A stretch of DNA of 64,000 nucleotides from Candidatus Latescibacterota bacterium (GTDB lineage: Bacteria; Latescibacterota; UBA2968; UBA8231). The notes below the pieces were generated by a model, which searched no databases, was not told where the DNA came from, and was given only the letters and a program-made list of their open reading frames with translations. Below, piece after piece: positions 38,437 to 48,540 of this stretch. The stretch lies in the NCBI GenBank assembly GCA_965248355.1, contig OZ252098.1, positions 4,896,001 through 4,960,000 of the forward strand, written 5' to 3'. Position numbers and translations under genes: made by a program. Within the stretch, counting starts at the first letter, position 1; each line of letters starts with the position of its first letter.

Positions 38437-40328
38437 GACGCCTGTTCCTCCCACATGGCGGCGTAGACCCCCCGCGCCGCCACCAGCTCGTCGTGACCGC
38501 CCTGCTCGACGATGCGGCCCTTCTGCAGCACGAGGATGCGGTCGGCCATGCGCGCCGAGCCGAGGCGGTGGCTGATGAGCAAGGCGGTGCGCCCCTCGAG
38601 AAGCCCGGCGAACTGCCGATACAGCTCGGCTTCGGCCACGGCGTCGAGGGAGGCCGCCGGCTCGTCGAGGATGAGCAGCTCCGGATTGCGGGTGAAGGCG
38701 CGGGCGAGGGCGAGGCGCTGCCACTCGCCGACGGAGAGGCCCTGGCCGCCGTCGAGGACGTGGCCGACAGGCGTGTCGTACCCGCCGGGAAGCCGTTGAG
38801 CGAGCTCTTCGGCCCCGGACCGCCGTGCGGCATCGGCGACCACCGCCGGGTCGGGTTGCAGCCACCGGGGCCACAGGTCGTGATGAGGCTTCGCCGACGG
38901 CGCTGCCGGCGCGGCGATGCCGATGGACTGCCCGAGGGTGAATTCGAAGCGGAAGTAGTCCTGGAAGGCGGCGCTCACGGCGCCGGCCAGGCTGTCGGGG
39001 TCGATCTCGCCGTAGTCGCGGCCGTCGGCCAGGACACGGCCGGCCGTGGGCGGATAGAGGCCGAGGAGGATCTTGGCCAGGGTCGACTTGCCGGATCCGT
39101 TCTCGCCGACGAGGGCCACCCTCTCTCCCGGGGCCAGGTGAAAGCCGACCCCCTGCAGCACGGGAGGGGCCGCCTTGTCGGAGGCGGAGGCCGGATAGGC
39201 GAAGTGGACGGCCTCGACCTCGATCCCCTGGCGCAGTGGCCGTGGGAACGGCGCTCTCCCGGACCGCCCGGCCGAGGCAGCCTCGGCTGCGCCGTCGTGA
39301 AACTGCGGGTCGAGGAACTCCCGCACGTAACCGACCTCGGCGGACTCGGCCTGCAGCTCCCTGGAGTTGTTGCCGAGACTGCCGCCGGCGCCCAGCATGT
39401 CGTCGACTCCCTGGAAGAGGGCGACGAAGCTTCCGGGCGTGAGGACCCGGTCGCCGAGCAGGTACGCCAGGACTCCGGCCACGCCGGCCCCCACGGCCAC
39501 GCCCAGCCCGCTGACCGGGAGCACTCCCATGAACTGGCGGCGGCGCTGCTCGAAGAGTCGCTCGCGCAGCACCTGGCGCATCCCGCGCCAGCGCCCGGTG
39601 AGGTGGCCGTGCAGGGCGAAGAGGCGCATCTCCTGCTGCTCCCCCCGCCCGGTGAGGATGCGGTCCACGTACCCGGCGCGGCGCTCCTCCGGGGTCTCGC
39701 CGTAGGTGAAGGCCATGAACTTGCGGCTCCGCTCGATCTCCAGCCGCACCTGGGGAACCAGCACCGCCAGCAGGGCCAGCGAGATCCACGGGCTGACCGG
39801 GGCGAACATGGCGGCCACCGAGACCGCCGTGATCACCGCCTGGAAGAACTGCAGGACGGTGAACAACAGCCGGCTGACCCTGCGCCCCGGATTCCGGGCC
39901 CGCTCGAGGCGGTCGTAGGTCTCGCTGGCCTCGAAGAACAGCAGGGGCAGACGCGACGACGTCGTCAGCAGGCGGCGGCCCAGGACGTGGGCGAGGACCT
40001 GCTCGAGCCGCAGATGGAGGATGTCGCGCACGTTCCACAGCACTTCCCTGGTAAGCAGCAGAAGCAGGCCGAAGGCGATCAGCCAGGGGAGAGCGTCGCC
40101 GAAGCCCGCCGGGCCGCCGCCGGCGGCGTCGACCACGGTGTCGACGAGGTTCCGGGTGACGTGGATGAGCAGGGCCGGCTGAAGGCCCAGCAGGAGCTGG
40201 ATGACGATCAGGCCGAGGGCCGCGGCGCTCGCATGGGCCCAGGCGTGGCTCCAGGCCCAGCGCACGTTGACGGCGATGTTCGCGGCGCTGGAGCGCCGGT
40301 TCCAGTACTCGAGGTCGATTCTACCCAC
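38424..40328 (-). CDS. ABC exporter subunit (TMD+NBD), probable heterodimer partner
   Basis: GENGSGKST, degenerate LSVGEWQR, LDEPA. Confidence 0.9.
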   Translation of the reverse strand: MGRIDLEYWNRRSSAANIAVNVRWAWSHAWAHASAAALGLIVIQLLLGLQPALLIHVTRNLVDTVVDAAGGGPAGFGDALPWLIAFGLLLLLTREVLWNVRDILHLRLEQVLAHVLGRRLLTTSSRLPLLFFEASETYDRLERARNPGRRVSRLLFTVLQFFQAVITAVSVAAMFAPVSPWISLALLAVLVPQVRLEIERSRKFMAFTYGETPEERRAGYVDRILTGRGEQQEMRLFALHGHLTGRWRGMRQVLRERLFEQRRRQFMGVLPVSGLGVAVGAGVAGVLAYLLGDRVLTPGSFVALFQGVDDMLGAGGSLGNNSRELQAESAEVGYVREFLDPQFHDGAAEAASAGRSGRAPFPRPLRQGIEVEAVHFAYPASASDKAAPPVLQGVGFHLAPGERVALVGENGSGKSTLAKILLGLYPPTAGRVLADGRDYGEIDPDSLAGAVSAAFQDYFRFEFTLGQSIGIAAPAAPSAKPHHDLWPRWLQPDPAVVADAARRSGAEELAQRLPGGYDTPVGHVLDGGQGLSVGEWQRLALARAFTRNPELLILDEPAASLDAVAEAELYRQFAGLLEGRTALLISHRLGSARMADRILVLQKGRIVEQGGHDELVAARGVYAAMWEEQASWYR

Positions 40329-40455
40329 GGGGCGCGGCTCTCAGGCGGGGCCGGAACTCAGGAACCGGCGCACCCCCATTTGACGCGTTGATGCTCCGGC
40401 CCTTCTTAGAGGCAGCACACAAGGGCTGCGGCCAGGCCGCTACCAAGGAGATGAC

Positions 40456-41262
40456 ATGACGACCACGGCGGAAGCAAGGACTCTCAGGGCGCTGACGGAG
40501 GACCAGGTCACGAGCTTCGCGGTGAACGGCTTCCTCGTGGTGGAGGACCTGCTGTCGCCCGCGGAGGTCGAGGCCCTGTCGGCGCGCACCGACCAGATCG
40601 CGGCGGGGGAGGCGGAGCACGTCTCGGCGGACCGGGTGCAGCTCGAGCGCATCTACCGGGACGGGGAGGCGGAGGTCCGGGACCGCGTGCTGGCGGTGCG
40701 CAAGCTCTACCGCATCGCCGTGCAGGACGACGTCATGTGGGGGCACGCGAGCAACCCGAAGATCGTCGACATCATCGCCGACCTGCTCGGCAGCGAAGAC
40801 ATCAAGATGTACGGCGACCAGCTCTTCATGAAGCCGCCCGGGATCGGCGCCGAGCAGCCCTGGCATCAGGACTCGGCCTCGTGGCGCGACATCTTTCCCA
40901 TGGACCTGGTCTCGGCGTGGACGGCGATCGACGAGGCCGACCGCGGCAACGGCTGCCTGGAGTTCGTGCCCGGCACCCAGCGCTGGGGGATGATGCAGAG
41001 GCCGCGGCTGCGGACCTTCCACGAGGATCTCGGCCGGGAGCCGTGGCCGGCCGTGGCCGTGCCGCTGAGGCCGGGCAGCGTCAGCTTCCACCACAGCCTC
41101 ACCGTCCACCGCAGCGGCGCCAACACCTCCGGCCGCCGGCGCCGGGGCTACGCCGTGCACTACATGCGGGCCACGTCGTGGCAGGACGAGTCCGTCACCG
41201 ACGCGCCGGAGCAGCCGCCCTTCCGCCAAGTGCGGGGCCGCTCCTACCCGGGCCGGGTGTAG
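40456..41262 (+). CDS. PhyH-family dioxygenase
   Basis: FMKPP, PWHQDS, NGCLEFVPG, TVHRSGAN..RR. Confidence 0.9.
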   Translation: MTTTAEARTLRALTEDQVTSFAVNGFLVVEDLLSPAEVEALSARTDQIAAGEAEHVSADRVQLERIYRDGEAEVRDRVLAVRKLYRIAVQDDVMWGHASNPKIVDIIADLLGSEDIKMYGDQLFMKPPGIGAEQPWHQDSASWRDIFPMDLVSAWTAIDEADRGNGCLEFVPGTQRWGMMQRPRLRTFHEDLGREPWPAVAVPLRPGSVSFHHSLTVHRSGANTSGRRRRGYAVHYMRATSWQDESVTDAPEQPPFRQVRGRSYPGRV

Positions 41263-41320
41263 GCGCGGGGGACGGCCCAGGCGACGGGGGCAGCAGCCTT
41301 CGACGCGGGCAGCGACCCCC

Positions 41321-41926
41321 TCACTTCAGACATCCCCGCACGGCTTCCCGGTAGCTCTCCAGACCGGGCGTTTTCAGGCCCTTCGCCTTGGCCAGGTCGT
41401 CCCACTTCCTCAGCTGCACGGCGGTTTCCCAGTGGGCATTGCGCTCGAAGGCGGCTTTCTCGGCGTCGGACATGAACCCGCCCTGCAGCTCGAAGCTCCG
41501 TTGGGAGGCCCTCGACAGGGTCTGGTAATAGTCCCGGTCCACGGTGCAGATGTAGCGCTTGGCCGGCACGTGCAGCCCCACCGGCTCGGTCACGGCGTCG
41601 ATGAAGAAGGGCTCCAGGTACTCGGCTCCCACCTCTTCGTGGCACAGATCCTCGGTGAGGAAGTCGACCTCCTCGTTGTGCTCGTCCACCAGGAAATGGC
41701 CGAGGTCGTGCAGCAGGGCGCCCGTCATCTGCACCCCGTCGCCTCCGGATAGCCGCGCCTGGTTGGCGCACTGCAGGGCATGGTCGAGCTGGGTCACGGT
41801 CTCGTCGTAGAAGGACTGCCCCTGCCGCTCCATGTAGGCGAACAGGAGATCGACCTTGCGGTCAGGCCCGGCCTGTTCCAGCTCCCTGGCCAGGGAGGGA
41901 TCCACGAGCTCGCTCATGTGTGCCAT
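41321..41926 (-). CDS. PhnZ/TmpB-like HD-domain di-iron oxygenase
   Basis: VTQLDHALQCA, LLHDLGH, HEEVGA, LHVPAKRY, ELQGG, LRKWDDLAK. Confidence 0.85.
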   Translation of the reverse strand: MAHMSELVDPSLARELEQAGPDRKVDLLFAYMERQGQSFYDETVTQLDHALQCANQARLSGGDGVQMTGALLHDLGHFLVDEHNEEVDFLTEDLCHEEVGAEYLEPFFIDAVTEPVGLHVPAKRYICTVDRDYYQTLSRASQRSFELQGGFMSDAEKAAFERNAHWETAVQLRKWDDLAKAKGLKTPGLESYREAVRGCLK

Positions 41927-41979
41927 GTCAGCAGCCTCTCTATTCTATCGTCAAAGATCGCTCAATAAACCGAGGAAGG

Positions 41980-42357
41980 ATGGTCATGCCAAACCCCGTG
42001 GTGCACTTCGAGATCACCGGCAAGGACGCCGAGGCCCTGCAGCAGTACTACCGCGACCTCTTCGGCTGGAGTCTCACCCCCATGGCCCCGGACGTGCCCT
42101 ACGGCCTCGTCGGCCCGGAGGAGACCGGCGGCGGCATCGGCGGAGGCGTCGGCGCGAGCATGGACGGCACTCCCATGCTCACCTTCTACGTGCAGGTCGA
42201 CGACATCCAGGCCGCCCTGGACCGGGCCGCCGAGCTCGGCGGTGAGATCGTGGTGCCTCCCACTGTCATCCCGGGGGCCGTCACCTACGCCCTCTTCAAG
42301 GACATGGAGGGAAACATCGTGGGACTCGCCGCCTCGGAGACGCCGCCGGCCGAGTGA
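41980..42357 (+). CDS. VOC/glyoxalase-family protein
   Basis: PVVHFEI, YYRDLFGW, FYVQVDD, FKDMEGNIVGL. Confidence 0.88.
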   Translation: MVMPNPVVHFEITGKDAEALQQYYRDLFGWSLTPMAPDVPYGLVGPEETGGGIGGGVGASMDGTPMLTFYVQVDDIQAALDRAAELGGEIVVPPTVIPGAVTYALFKDMEGNIVGLAASETPPAE

Positions 42358-42404
42358 GGCGACAGCTCCGGCTGACGGCGCCCGGCGCGCCGGGGAGGCC
42401 GCCT

Positions 42405-42932
42405 TCAGTGCTGGAGCTTGCGGTATTCCCGGCAAGACTCTTCAAGAGATGGCGGCGCGGGATCCCTGAGTTGTTGGGCCTCATGGCACATCCGGTACAG
42501 TTTGTCCGCCAAAGGACGGGGATTCGTGGACTTCCAGGCCCTGTACTCCAGTGTCTCGTCAATCGATTCGCCGTCTATGTAGGCAAACCAGGTCTCGATA
42601 TTGCGCCGCGGGACGAGGATGATCACGGGGTCCTTTGAGGTTCTTGCGGGTACCCCTTGGCGGCCGCACTCCTCATCGAGCTGAGATCTCCGTTGCTCCG
42701 TCGTGTGCTGATCCGCGTCGGTGACGACGATCAGGAAGGCGTCTTGTCGGCTGCGAATGGCCTTCAGTTGATTGGGGTACCTCTCCCGAACCCATTGCTC
42801 GCCGGACTGGGACCCGTGAGGTACCGGCAGCGTTGTGATGTCGTGAGCTCTGAATGGTCGACGCCGCAGGAATCGGCGTACGAAGGAGTCTGTTGGAGTG
42901 TCCTCGCAGACCAGTACGATGCGGGCGCTCAT
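42405..42932 (-). CDS. Toprim-like (DUF4276/RloB-like) partner protein
   Basis: LVCED, VVTDAD, PRRNIETWF; ATG overlaps the ATPase stop. Confidence 0.6.
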   Translation of the reverse strand: MSARIVLVCEDTPTDSFVRRFLRRRPFRAHDITTLPVPHGSQSGEQWVRERYPNQLKAIRSRQDAFLIVVTDADQHTTEQRRSQLDEECGRQGVPARTSKDPVIILVPRRNIETWFAYIDGESIDETLEYRAWKSTNPRPLADKLYRMCHEAQQLRDPAPPSLEESCREYRKLQH

Positions 42933-44029
42933 TCCCACCGTCTCGCCATGGTCTCGGACAGCGACAGACCGTCGACGACACTCTTCGGTTCCTTGCTCAC
43001 CCGCACCGGGCCGTCCCCGTCGCGGAAGAACCACCTGCCGCCGGCTCCCGCCATGTAGTCGATCGTCACCGGGTGATGCGAGGCGACGACTACCTGTCCC
43101 AAGGATTCCCCGACCCGCTCGACCGCCTCGGCGAGCCAAGGCTGTACCTCCCCAAGGGCGAGGTAGTTGTCGGGTTCGTCGATGAACAGGGATACACGGC
43201 GGTCCGAAGAGAGATGGGTCAGGCTGTACATGGCGATCAGGGCTCGCTGGCCATCGGAGAGTTGATCGAAACCGTAGCGGACCGGCTCGGATGAGGGGCC
43301 TCGGAAGATCGCCTTGAGAGCCCGGGAGTTCTCACCGGACTCCGTGAGATTGATGGAGTCGAAGCCCGGAAGCGCTTCACGGAGGACTGCGAAGAGCGAG
43401 ACGATGGAGCTCATGTTTTCCTGCGCGGCGCGTCGGTACCAGCCGACGAAGTTTTCCATCAAGGGCTCGAGGAACTCGTCCTCGGTTCTCGTCTCCGGTG
43501 CCATGATCGGCGGGCAGCAGCCGACGATGATGTAGTTGGCGAGGTCCTTCTTGAACCGGGTCAGCTTCTTGTTGTCGGGTCTTTCGTTCAGGAAGCCAAT
43601 CCCCGACTGGGACCAGTCAAAGGGATACGAAGGGCCTCTCATGTAGTCGTCGTGGTACAGCTGCGCCTCTCCGCCCTTGAATTCGAATATGGGGTAGCCC
43701 TCGTGTTCGAGTGTTTCTTCCCAGACTCGCATCTTGCCAAGAGAGAGGTCATGCTGCACAGTGAGCGAGTAGCGGTAGGCTTCGTCGTCGAGGCGGGTCT
43801 CGATTTCCAACCGCTGTTCGTTGCGCTGGCCCTTGAGAGAAAGGTCCCGGGCGGGGAACACTTCCTCCACCCTCGCTCCGCGGACGACCAGGTTCTGGAT
43901 TTTGCTGAGCACGTTCAGGACGGAGGTCTTGCCCGTACCATTCCTGCCCAGAAGGACATTCGCCTCTTCCAGCTCGAGTTCAAAGTTCTCCAGGCACCGG
44001 AAGTTGTCGACGTAAAGTCTTGTCAGCAC
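42929..44029 (-). CDS. AAA_21/SMC-like ABC ATPase
   Basis: VDNFRCL, GRNGTGKT, LSDGQR, FIDEPDNYL, SHHP. Confidence 0.88.
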   Translation of the reverse strand: MLTRLYVDNFRCLENFELELEEANVLLGRNGTGKTSVLNVLSKIQNLVVRGARVEEVFPARDLSLKGQRNEQRLEIETRLDDEAYRYSLTVQHDLSLGKMRVWEETLEHEGYPIFEFKGGEAQLYHDDYMRGPSYPFDWSQSGIGFLNERPDNKKLTRFKKDLANYIIVGCCPPIMAPETRTEDEFLEPLMENFVGWYRRAAQENMSSIVSLFAVLREALPGFDSINLTESGENSRALKAIFRGPSSEPVRYGFDQLSDGQRALIAMYSLTHLSSDRRVSLFIDEPDNYLALGEVQPWLAEAVERVGESLGQVVVASHHPVTIDYMAGAGGRWFFRDGDGPVRVSKEPKSVVDGLSLSETMARRWE

Positions 44030-44138
44030 GAGGGTTACCTCTTGCGGGAGAGAACATCCCGGCCACTACCCCGGCCACTTCCTGCCAAGGTCGCCGAGAG
44101 GACATTCTCTGTCAAGTTGCGCCTCTTCTGGTGCCGCC

Positions 44139-46238
44139 TCAGATGCGGGTCTCGCCAATCGGCCAGGCCAGCGTCAGCATTCCCAGGTAGGCCTCGTACA
44201 TGTGTTGAACGTTGCCCACGTAGTGCACGGGCTGGCCGCCGCGGCAGAAACCGTAGCGCGCCCGCTTGTAGTAGGCCGGCTTGGCGAGCAGCTTCATGGC
44301 CCGTTCCACGTGGCCGAACCACTGGTTGGAGTCCCAGCCCTTCTCGCGGGCCAGCCGGCGGGCGTCGAGCACGTGTCCGTACCCGACGTTGTAGGAGGCC
44401 AGCGCGAGCCGTACCCGTTCCTCCATGGGGAGGGCGGCATCGAAGCGTTTGACGAGCTGGTGCATGTACTTGACGCCGGCGTGGATGTTGTCCTCCGGGT
44501 CGTGGAGATCGTCGAACCCAAGCTCGCGGCCGGTGTCGGGCATGATCTGCATCAGCCCGAGAGCGCCCACCCAGCTGGAGGCCTGGGGATCGAACCTGGA
44601 TTCCTGGTACATCTGCGCGGTGATCAGGCGCCAGTCCTGGCCGTACTGGCGGGCGTACTTCTTCACCAGGTCGTCGTAGGGGGAGAGGCGCCCGCCCAGA
44701 TCGACGCGTAGCGAGTCCTTCGCCTTGGCGATGGTACGCTGGTGCTTGAAATACCGGTTTTTCATCATGTTGAAGAACAGGCCGCCCTTCTCCCCTTCCA
44801 CATACTGGTCGAGCGCCGCCAGCAGGGCCGGGTTGTCCTTGCGCACCGCCCACCCCAGGACGGTGGGCTTTATGCTGAAGGCCGCCTTGAGCCGGAGGCC
44901 GTAGGCGAGCTCCACGTCGAGCAGGTTGGAATCGCACAGGGTGATGTCGTAGGCGCCCTCGTCGACGCCGGCGAGGATCTCCTCGGTCTCGAGGGTGTCG
45001 GAGACCAGGGCGATCTCGAAGCCGATGGAATCCCGGAGGGCCTTCAAGGTGGTATGGAAGGAGGAGCTTGGGCGTACGTGGACGGTACGGCCGGCCAGGT
45101 CCCCGAGACTGGTGATCGAATCCTCGCCGACGCGCACCACCACCAGCTCGTCCACCTCGTTGTAGGGAAGGGAATAGGCCGCCTGCGCCTGCCGCTCCGG
45201 CGTGATGGTCATGGCCGCGGCGACCACGTCCCCCCTGCCTTCGTTGAGATAGGTCAGCAGGTCGGCGTGGCTGTCGGGGATGACGATATCGAGGCGCAGG
45301 CCGTGCTGCTCGGCGAATCTCTTCATCAGCTCGTATTCGAACCCCACCTGGCGGCCCCGGTGTATGAAGTAGGTCATCGGGTTGTTGCGCGTGATCATGC
45401 GCAGCCGGCCGTGCTCCTTCAATCCGGGCAGATCGTCGGTGAAGGCTTTCGGGGACTGGCGGCTGAACCGCCGCGCCAGCAGGTAATCGTCGATTCGGGT
45501 CTTGAGTTGTGTGTCGCCGGGCCGCATCATCAGGGCGATGGGGCGGTTCTCTGCGAGCACCAGCGGCGTGGCCATGTTGGGGTAGTGGCTCGACACGCCC
45601 CGCCAGATGTGCTCGTCGGATACGGTCGCCTCATAGTCGCCGCGAAGGATCCCTTCCACGAGGAGATCGAGACCGAGCTTCTCCGGCGCCTCGTGAATGC
45701 GCAGGGACGGCACCTGCTGCTGAAGGTCCACCAGGGTCTGGTAGTGGGAGCTGGAACGCCGGACCCCGATCTCCATGTCCGCCAGATCCTCGATCGTCTC
45801 CGGCAGGCTGTCGCCGGCCTTCGTGATCAGGTACTCGTCCACGTGGAGATAGGGCAGGGAAAAGGCCGCCCGCTCCTGCCGCTCGGGCGTAATCGTCAGG
45901 CTGGCCGCGACGATGTCCCCTTCGCCCTCCAGCAGCTTCGTCATCATCTCGGCGAAGCTTCCGACCTTGACCAGCTCCAGCCTCAGCTTGAGGCCCTCGG
46001 ACAGGCCGTGGGCGACATCGTAGTCGAGGGTTACCGGTTCGCCGAGCCTGGGTATGTGGGCGATCGGCTCCGGGGGAACGATGACGCGCAGGACGCCGCG
46101 CTCCTGCAACACCGGAAGGTCGCCGGTGTACCTGGGCGGTGGCGGCGGTGACTCCGGCGGCGGCGGCGCCGGCTGGCTGCACTGGACGAGGGCGGAAAGG
46201 GCGAGCACCGCGGGAAGGAGTGTCCGGGCAAGATGCAT
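44139..46238 (-). CDS. MltF-like lytic transglycosylase with two SBP_bac_3 domains, lipoprotein
   Basis: LVQC lipobox-like, two repeats of GDxVAAxxTITPERQ, QESRFDP, GLMQIMP, ASYNVGYGH. Confidence 0.88.
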   Translation of the reverse strand: MHLARTLLPAVLALSALVQCSQPAPPPPESPPPPPRYTGDLPVLQERGVLRVIVPPEPIAHIPRLGEPVTLDYDVAHGLSEGLKLRLELVKVGSFAEMMTKLLEGEGDIVAASLTITPERQERAAFSLPYLHVDEYLITKAGDSLPETIEDLADMEIGVRRSSSHYQTLVDLQQQVPSLRIHEAPEKLGLDLLVEGILRGDYEATVSDEHIWRGVSSHYPNMATPLVLAENRPIALMMRPGDTQLKTRIDDYLLARRFSRQSPKAFTDDLPGLKEHGRLRMITRNNPMTYFIHRGRQVGFEYELMKRFAEQHGLRLDIVIPDSHADLLTYLNEGRGDVVAAAMTITPERQAQAAYSLPYNEVDELVVVRVGEDSITSLGDLAGRTVHVRPSSSFHTTLKALRDSIGFEIALVSDTLETEEILAGVDEGAYDITLCDSNLLDVELAYGLRLKAAFSIKPTVLGWAVRKDNPALLAALDQYVEGEKGGLFFNMMKNRYFKHQRTIAKAKDSLRVDLGGRLSPYDDLVKKYARQYGQDWRLITAQMYQESRFDPQASSWVGALGLMQIMPDTGRELGFDDLHDPEDNIHAGVKYMHQLVKRFDAALPMEERVRLALASYNVGYGHVLDARRLAREKGWDSNQWFGHVERAMKLLAKPAYYKRARYGFCRGGQPVHYVGNVQHMYEAYLGMLTLAWPIGETRI

Positions 46239-46265
46239 GGAGTCGCCTCCTCGATGACGGGTCGC

Positions 46266-47465
46266 TCAGGGCCCGGGGAACAGGTTCAGGGCCAGTGAGC
46301 GGAAGTCCGGCAGTCGGTGGAAGGTGATCAGATCGTTGTCGTGCTGATCGCGTCCGTTGCGCGAAGTGCGCGAGACGATGAGGAGATCCTGACCGTCGAT
46401 GAGCGGGGTGGTGTAGTTGAAGGCCTGGGCGGGGCTCGGCCACTGGGCGACGCAGCCGGCGGGAAACCAGTTGAGGGCGTCGACGCCGTAGGAGAGCATG
46501 AGGAACCGGCGCTCGTTGCCCGGCGTGCCCCGGAAGCCGGGCTGTTTCGCCACTCCGCAGCCACCCGAATCCTGGGTCCGCGTCGGCAGGTTGCTCACCA
46601 TCCAGTACAGTCGGGTCGGCTCGTCGTGGATGATGTGGAAGTGGTTCTGCCCTCCCGGCGTGGGATGGAACTGCGCGAACGTCAGGTCCAGGCGTTTTCC
46701 GTCGTCGGCCAGATCGCAGACTGCCGCCATTCCCGGGGTGGTGTAACCGTCGAGCCGCAGGCGCGCGATGGCGCGCAGCCCGTCCCCTGTGTCGACGACG
46801 TTGGGCTCGAGCCAGTGATCCCTGTCCCGCGTCCTCCCGGGCCGCACGAGTTCCGCGGGCGTGCCGGGATAGACCAGGTCGCCGGAGCGGCGCCAAGCCG
46901 CCGGAGAGGTCAGGTCCGCGGACAAGTCGCCGGCCACCGCCAGGAGTCGAGACCCCTTGCGGTTGAACTGGCCCGCGGTATTGGCGGCGCCGAAGGCCCA
47001 GTAGAGCCATCCGTCCTTCTCCGCCATTCCGGATGCGGCGGCGTAGAACAAACCCTCGAACAACCGCGCGGGCTCGGTCCAGTCTTCTCCACCGTCGTCC
47101 GACCGGCTGATCCAGATGCCACTGCGCTCCGGCCCGACGCCCAGGTAGTAGACGGATCCATCCCGCAGGAACAGTCGTCCCGCGAGAAAAGGCAGCCGGC
47201 ACAGCTCCCCCCAGGAGGATCCTTCGTCTGGGCTCGAGTACACGCTCAGCGTGTCGGGCCCCAGCCGTTGGCGGGTAACCCTCGGGGAATCGGCACCGCT
47301 AACGAGACGGGGACAGGCGCACAACAAACGCCCGTCCGGAAGCCGCACGAGGGACGGCGCGTCGGTGATCACATCCGGCTCGGGGACCGTGTCGATGACC
47401 GCGAATTCGTCGGTGAGGGGGCGGCGCCAGCGGCAGTAACGGGGGCTCGTCACCATGTTCGCCAT
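46266..47465 (-). CDS. Sialidase/BNR (Asp-box) beta-propeller protein
   Basis: SSPDEGSSW, SRSDDGGEDW, SYGVDALNW. Confidence 0.65.
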   Translation of the reverse strand: MANMVTSPRYCRWRRPLTDEFAVIDTVPEPDVITDAPSLVRLPDGRLLCACPRLVSGADSPRVTRQRLGPDTLSVYSSPDEGSSWGELCRLPFLAGRLFLRDGSVYYLGVGPERSGIWISRSDDGGEDWTEPARLFEGLFYAAASGMAEKDGWLYWAFGAANTAGQFNRKGSRLLAVAGDLSADLTSPAAWRRSGDLVYPGTPAELVRPGRTRDRDHWLEPNVVDTGDGLRAIARLRLDGYTTPGMAAVCDLADDGKRLDLTFAQFHPTPGGQNHFHIIHDEPTRLYWMVSNLPTRTQDSGGCGVAKQPGFRGTPGNERRFLMLSYGVDALNWFPAGCVAQWPSPAQAFNYTTPLIDGQDLLIVSRTSRNGRDQHDNDLITFHRLPDFRSLALNLFPGP

Positions 47466-47571
47466 GGGCCAAATCTAGCGGGGACCCTGGCTCAGGACAA
47501 GCTGCCGGGTTAGAATCAATCTCTCTTGGGAAGTCAAGGTACCTGATCTGAATAATCTGAATCTGAGCGAA

Positions 47572-48531
47572 ATGACGCGCGATCTCTCATCCCGTGGAGA
47601 CGTCCTGGTGACCGGGGGGGCGGGATTCATCGGCAGTCACCTTGTCGATCTGCTGGTGGAAACCGGCCACCGGGTCTACGTCGTCGATACACTGGAAACG
47701 GGAGACGCCGGCAACCTCCACCCGTCGGCGGAGTTGATCGAAGCCGATGTCCGCGACGACTCCCTTGGCAGGATCGTCGCCGGCATCGCGCCAAGGGCGG
47801 TGTTCCACCTGGCCGCCCAGGCCAGCGTCGCCGTGTCGGCCAGAGATCCCACGCTCGACGCCCAGGTCAACCTGATGGGCTCCCTGAACCTGCTGCAGGC
47901 CGTGCTCCCTCTGGCGGACAAGCCGAGGTTCATCTTCTTCTCGACCGGCGGCGCCATCTACGGCGACCTCAAGGAAGGGGAGCTGCCGGCGCGGGAGTCG
48001 ATGGAAGCGAAACCGCTGTCGCCGTACGGAGCGTCGAAACTGGCCGTGGAGTCATACCTGCGCGTCTACGGGCACCTCCATGGCATCGACTACGCGATCG
48101 TGCGGCCCTCCAATGTCTACGGTCCGCGCCAGGACCCGAAAGGCGAGGCCGGGGTCATCGCCATCTTCGCGCAGGCCATGCTCCAAGGCCGGCCGGTGAC
48201 CATCTTCGGCGACGGAGAGGATGTGCGGGACTACATCTACGTGTCCGACCTGGTGGAAGGAGTCATGGCGGTGTACCGCTCCGGACGGCCGGGGCCGTAC
48301 AACCTCGGCACGGGAACCGCGGTTTCCGTAAACGAGCTGTATGCCTCGCTAGGCGAACTGATACCGGATCATCCGGGGGCGACTCACGGGCCGCCGCGGC
48401 CCGGGGACATCCCCAGGATCTGGCTGGATGTGGCCGCTGCCGGGAGGGATCTGGGTTGGCGGGCCGGGACTTCCCTTCAGGAGGGGCTGCGCCGGACGGT
48501 GGACTGGTTCAAACAGGGAGCGGCCCGTTAG
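47572..48531 (+). CDS. NAD-dependent epimerase/dehydratase (GalE-like)
   Basis: TGGAGFIGSH, HLAAQ, YGASK, NVYGPRQ. Confidence 0.92.
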   Translation: MTRDLSSRGDVLVTGGAGFIGSHLVDLLVETGHRVYVVDTLETGDAGNLHPSAELIEADVRDDSLGRIVAGIAPRAVFHLAAQASVAVSARDPTLDAQVNLMGSLNLLQAVLPLADKPRFIFFSTGGAIYGDLKEGELPARESMEAKPLSPYGASKLAVESYLRVYGHLHGIDYAIVRPSNVYGPRQDPKGEAGVIAIFAQAMLQGRPVTIFGDGEDVRDYIYVSDLVEGVMAVYRSGRPGPYNLGTGTAVSVNELYASLGELIPDHPGATHGPPRPGDIPRIWLDVAAAGRDLGWRAGTSLQEGLRRTVDWFKQGAAR

Positions 48532-48540
48532 GTGGTCACC

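Noticed and set aside
36619..40038. Single 1139-aa ABC protein in the ORF track
   Set aside because: The N-terminal half is an off-frame read of the upstream ABC gene; the real gene starts at about 38436
42358..42420. Imperfect inverted repeat with a CCCGGCGCGCCGGG core, considered as an integron attC or MITE
   Set aside because: It lacks RYYYAAC/GTTRRRY ends, has no second copy and no integrase; at most a terminator between convergent genes
47546..47566. Three ATCTGA direct repeats before the epimerase start
   Set aside because: Too short and irregularly spaced to support a regulatory call
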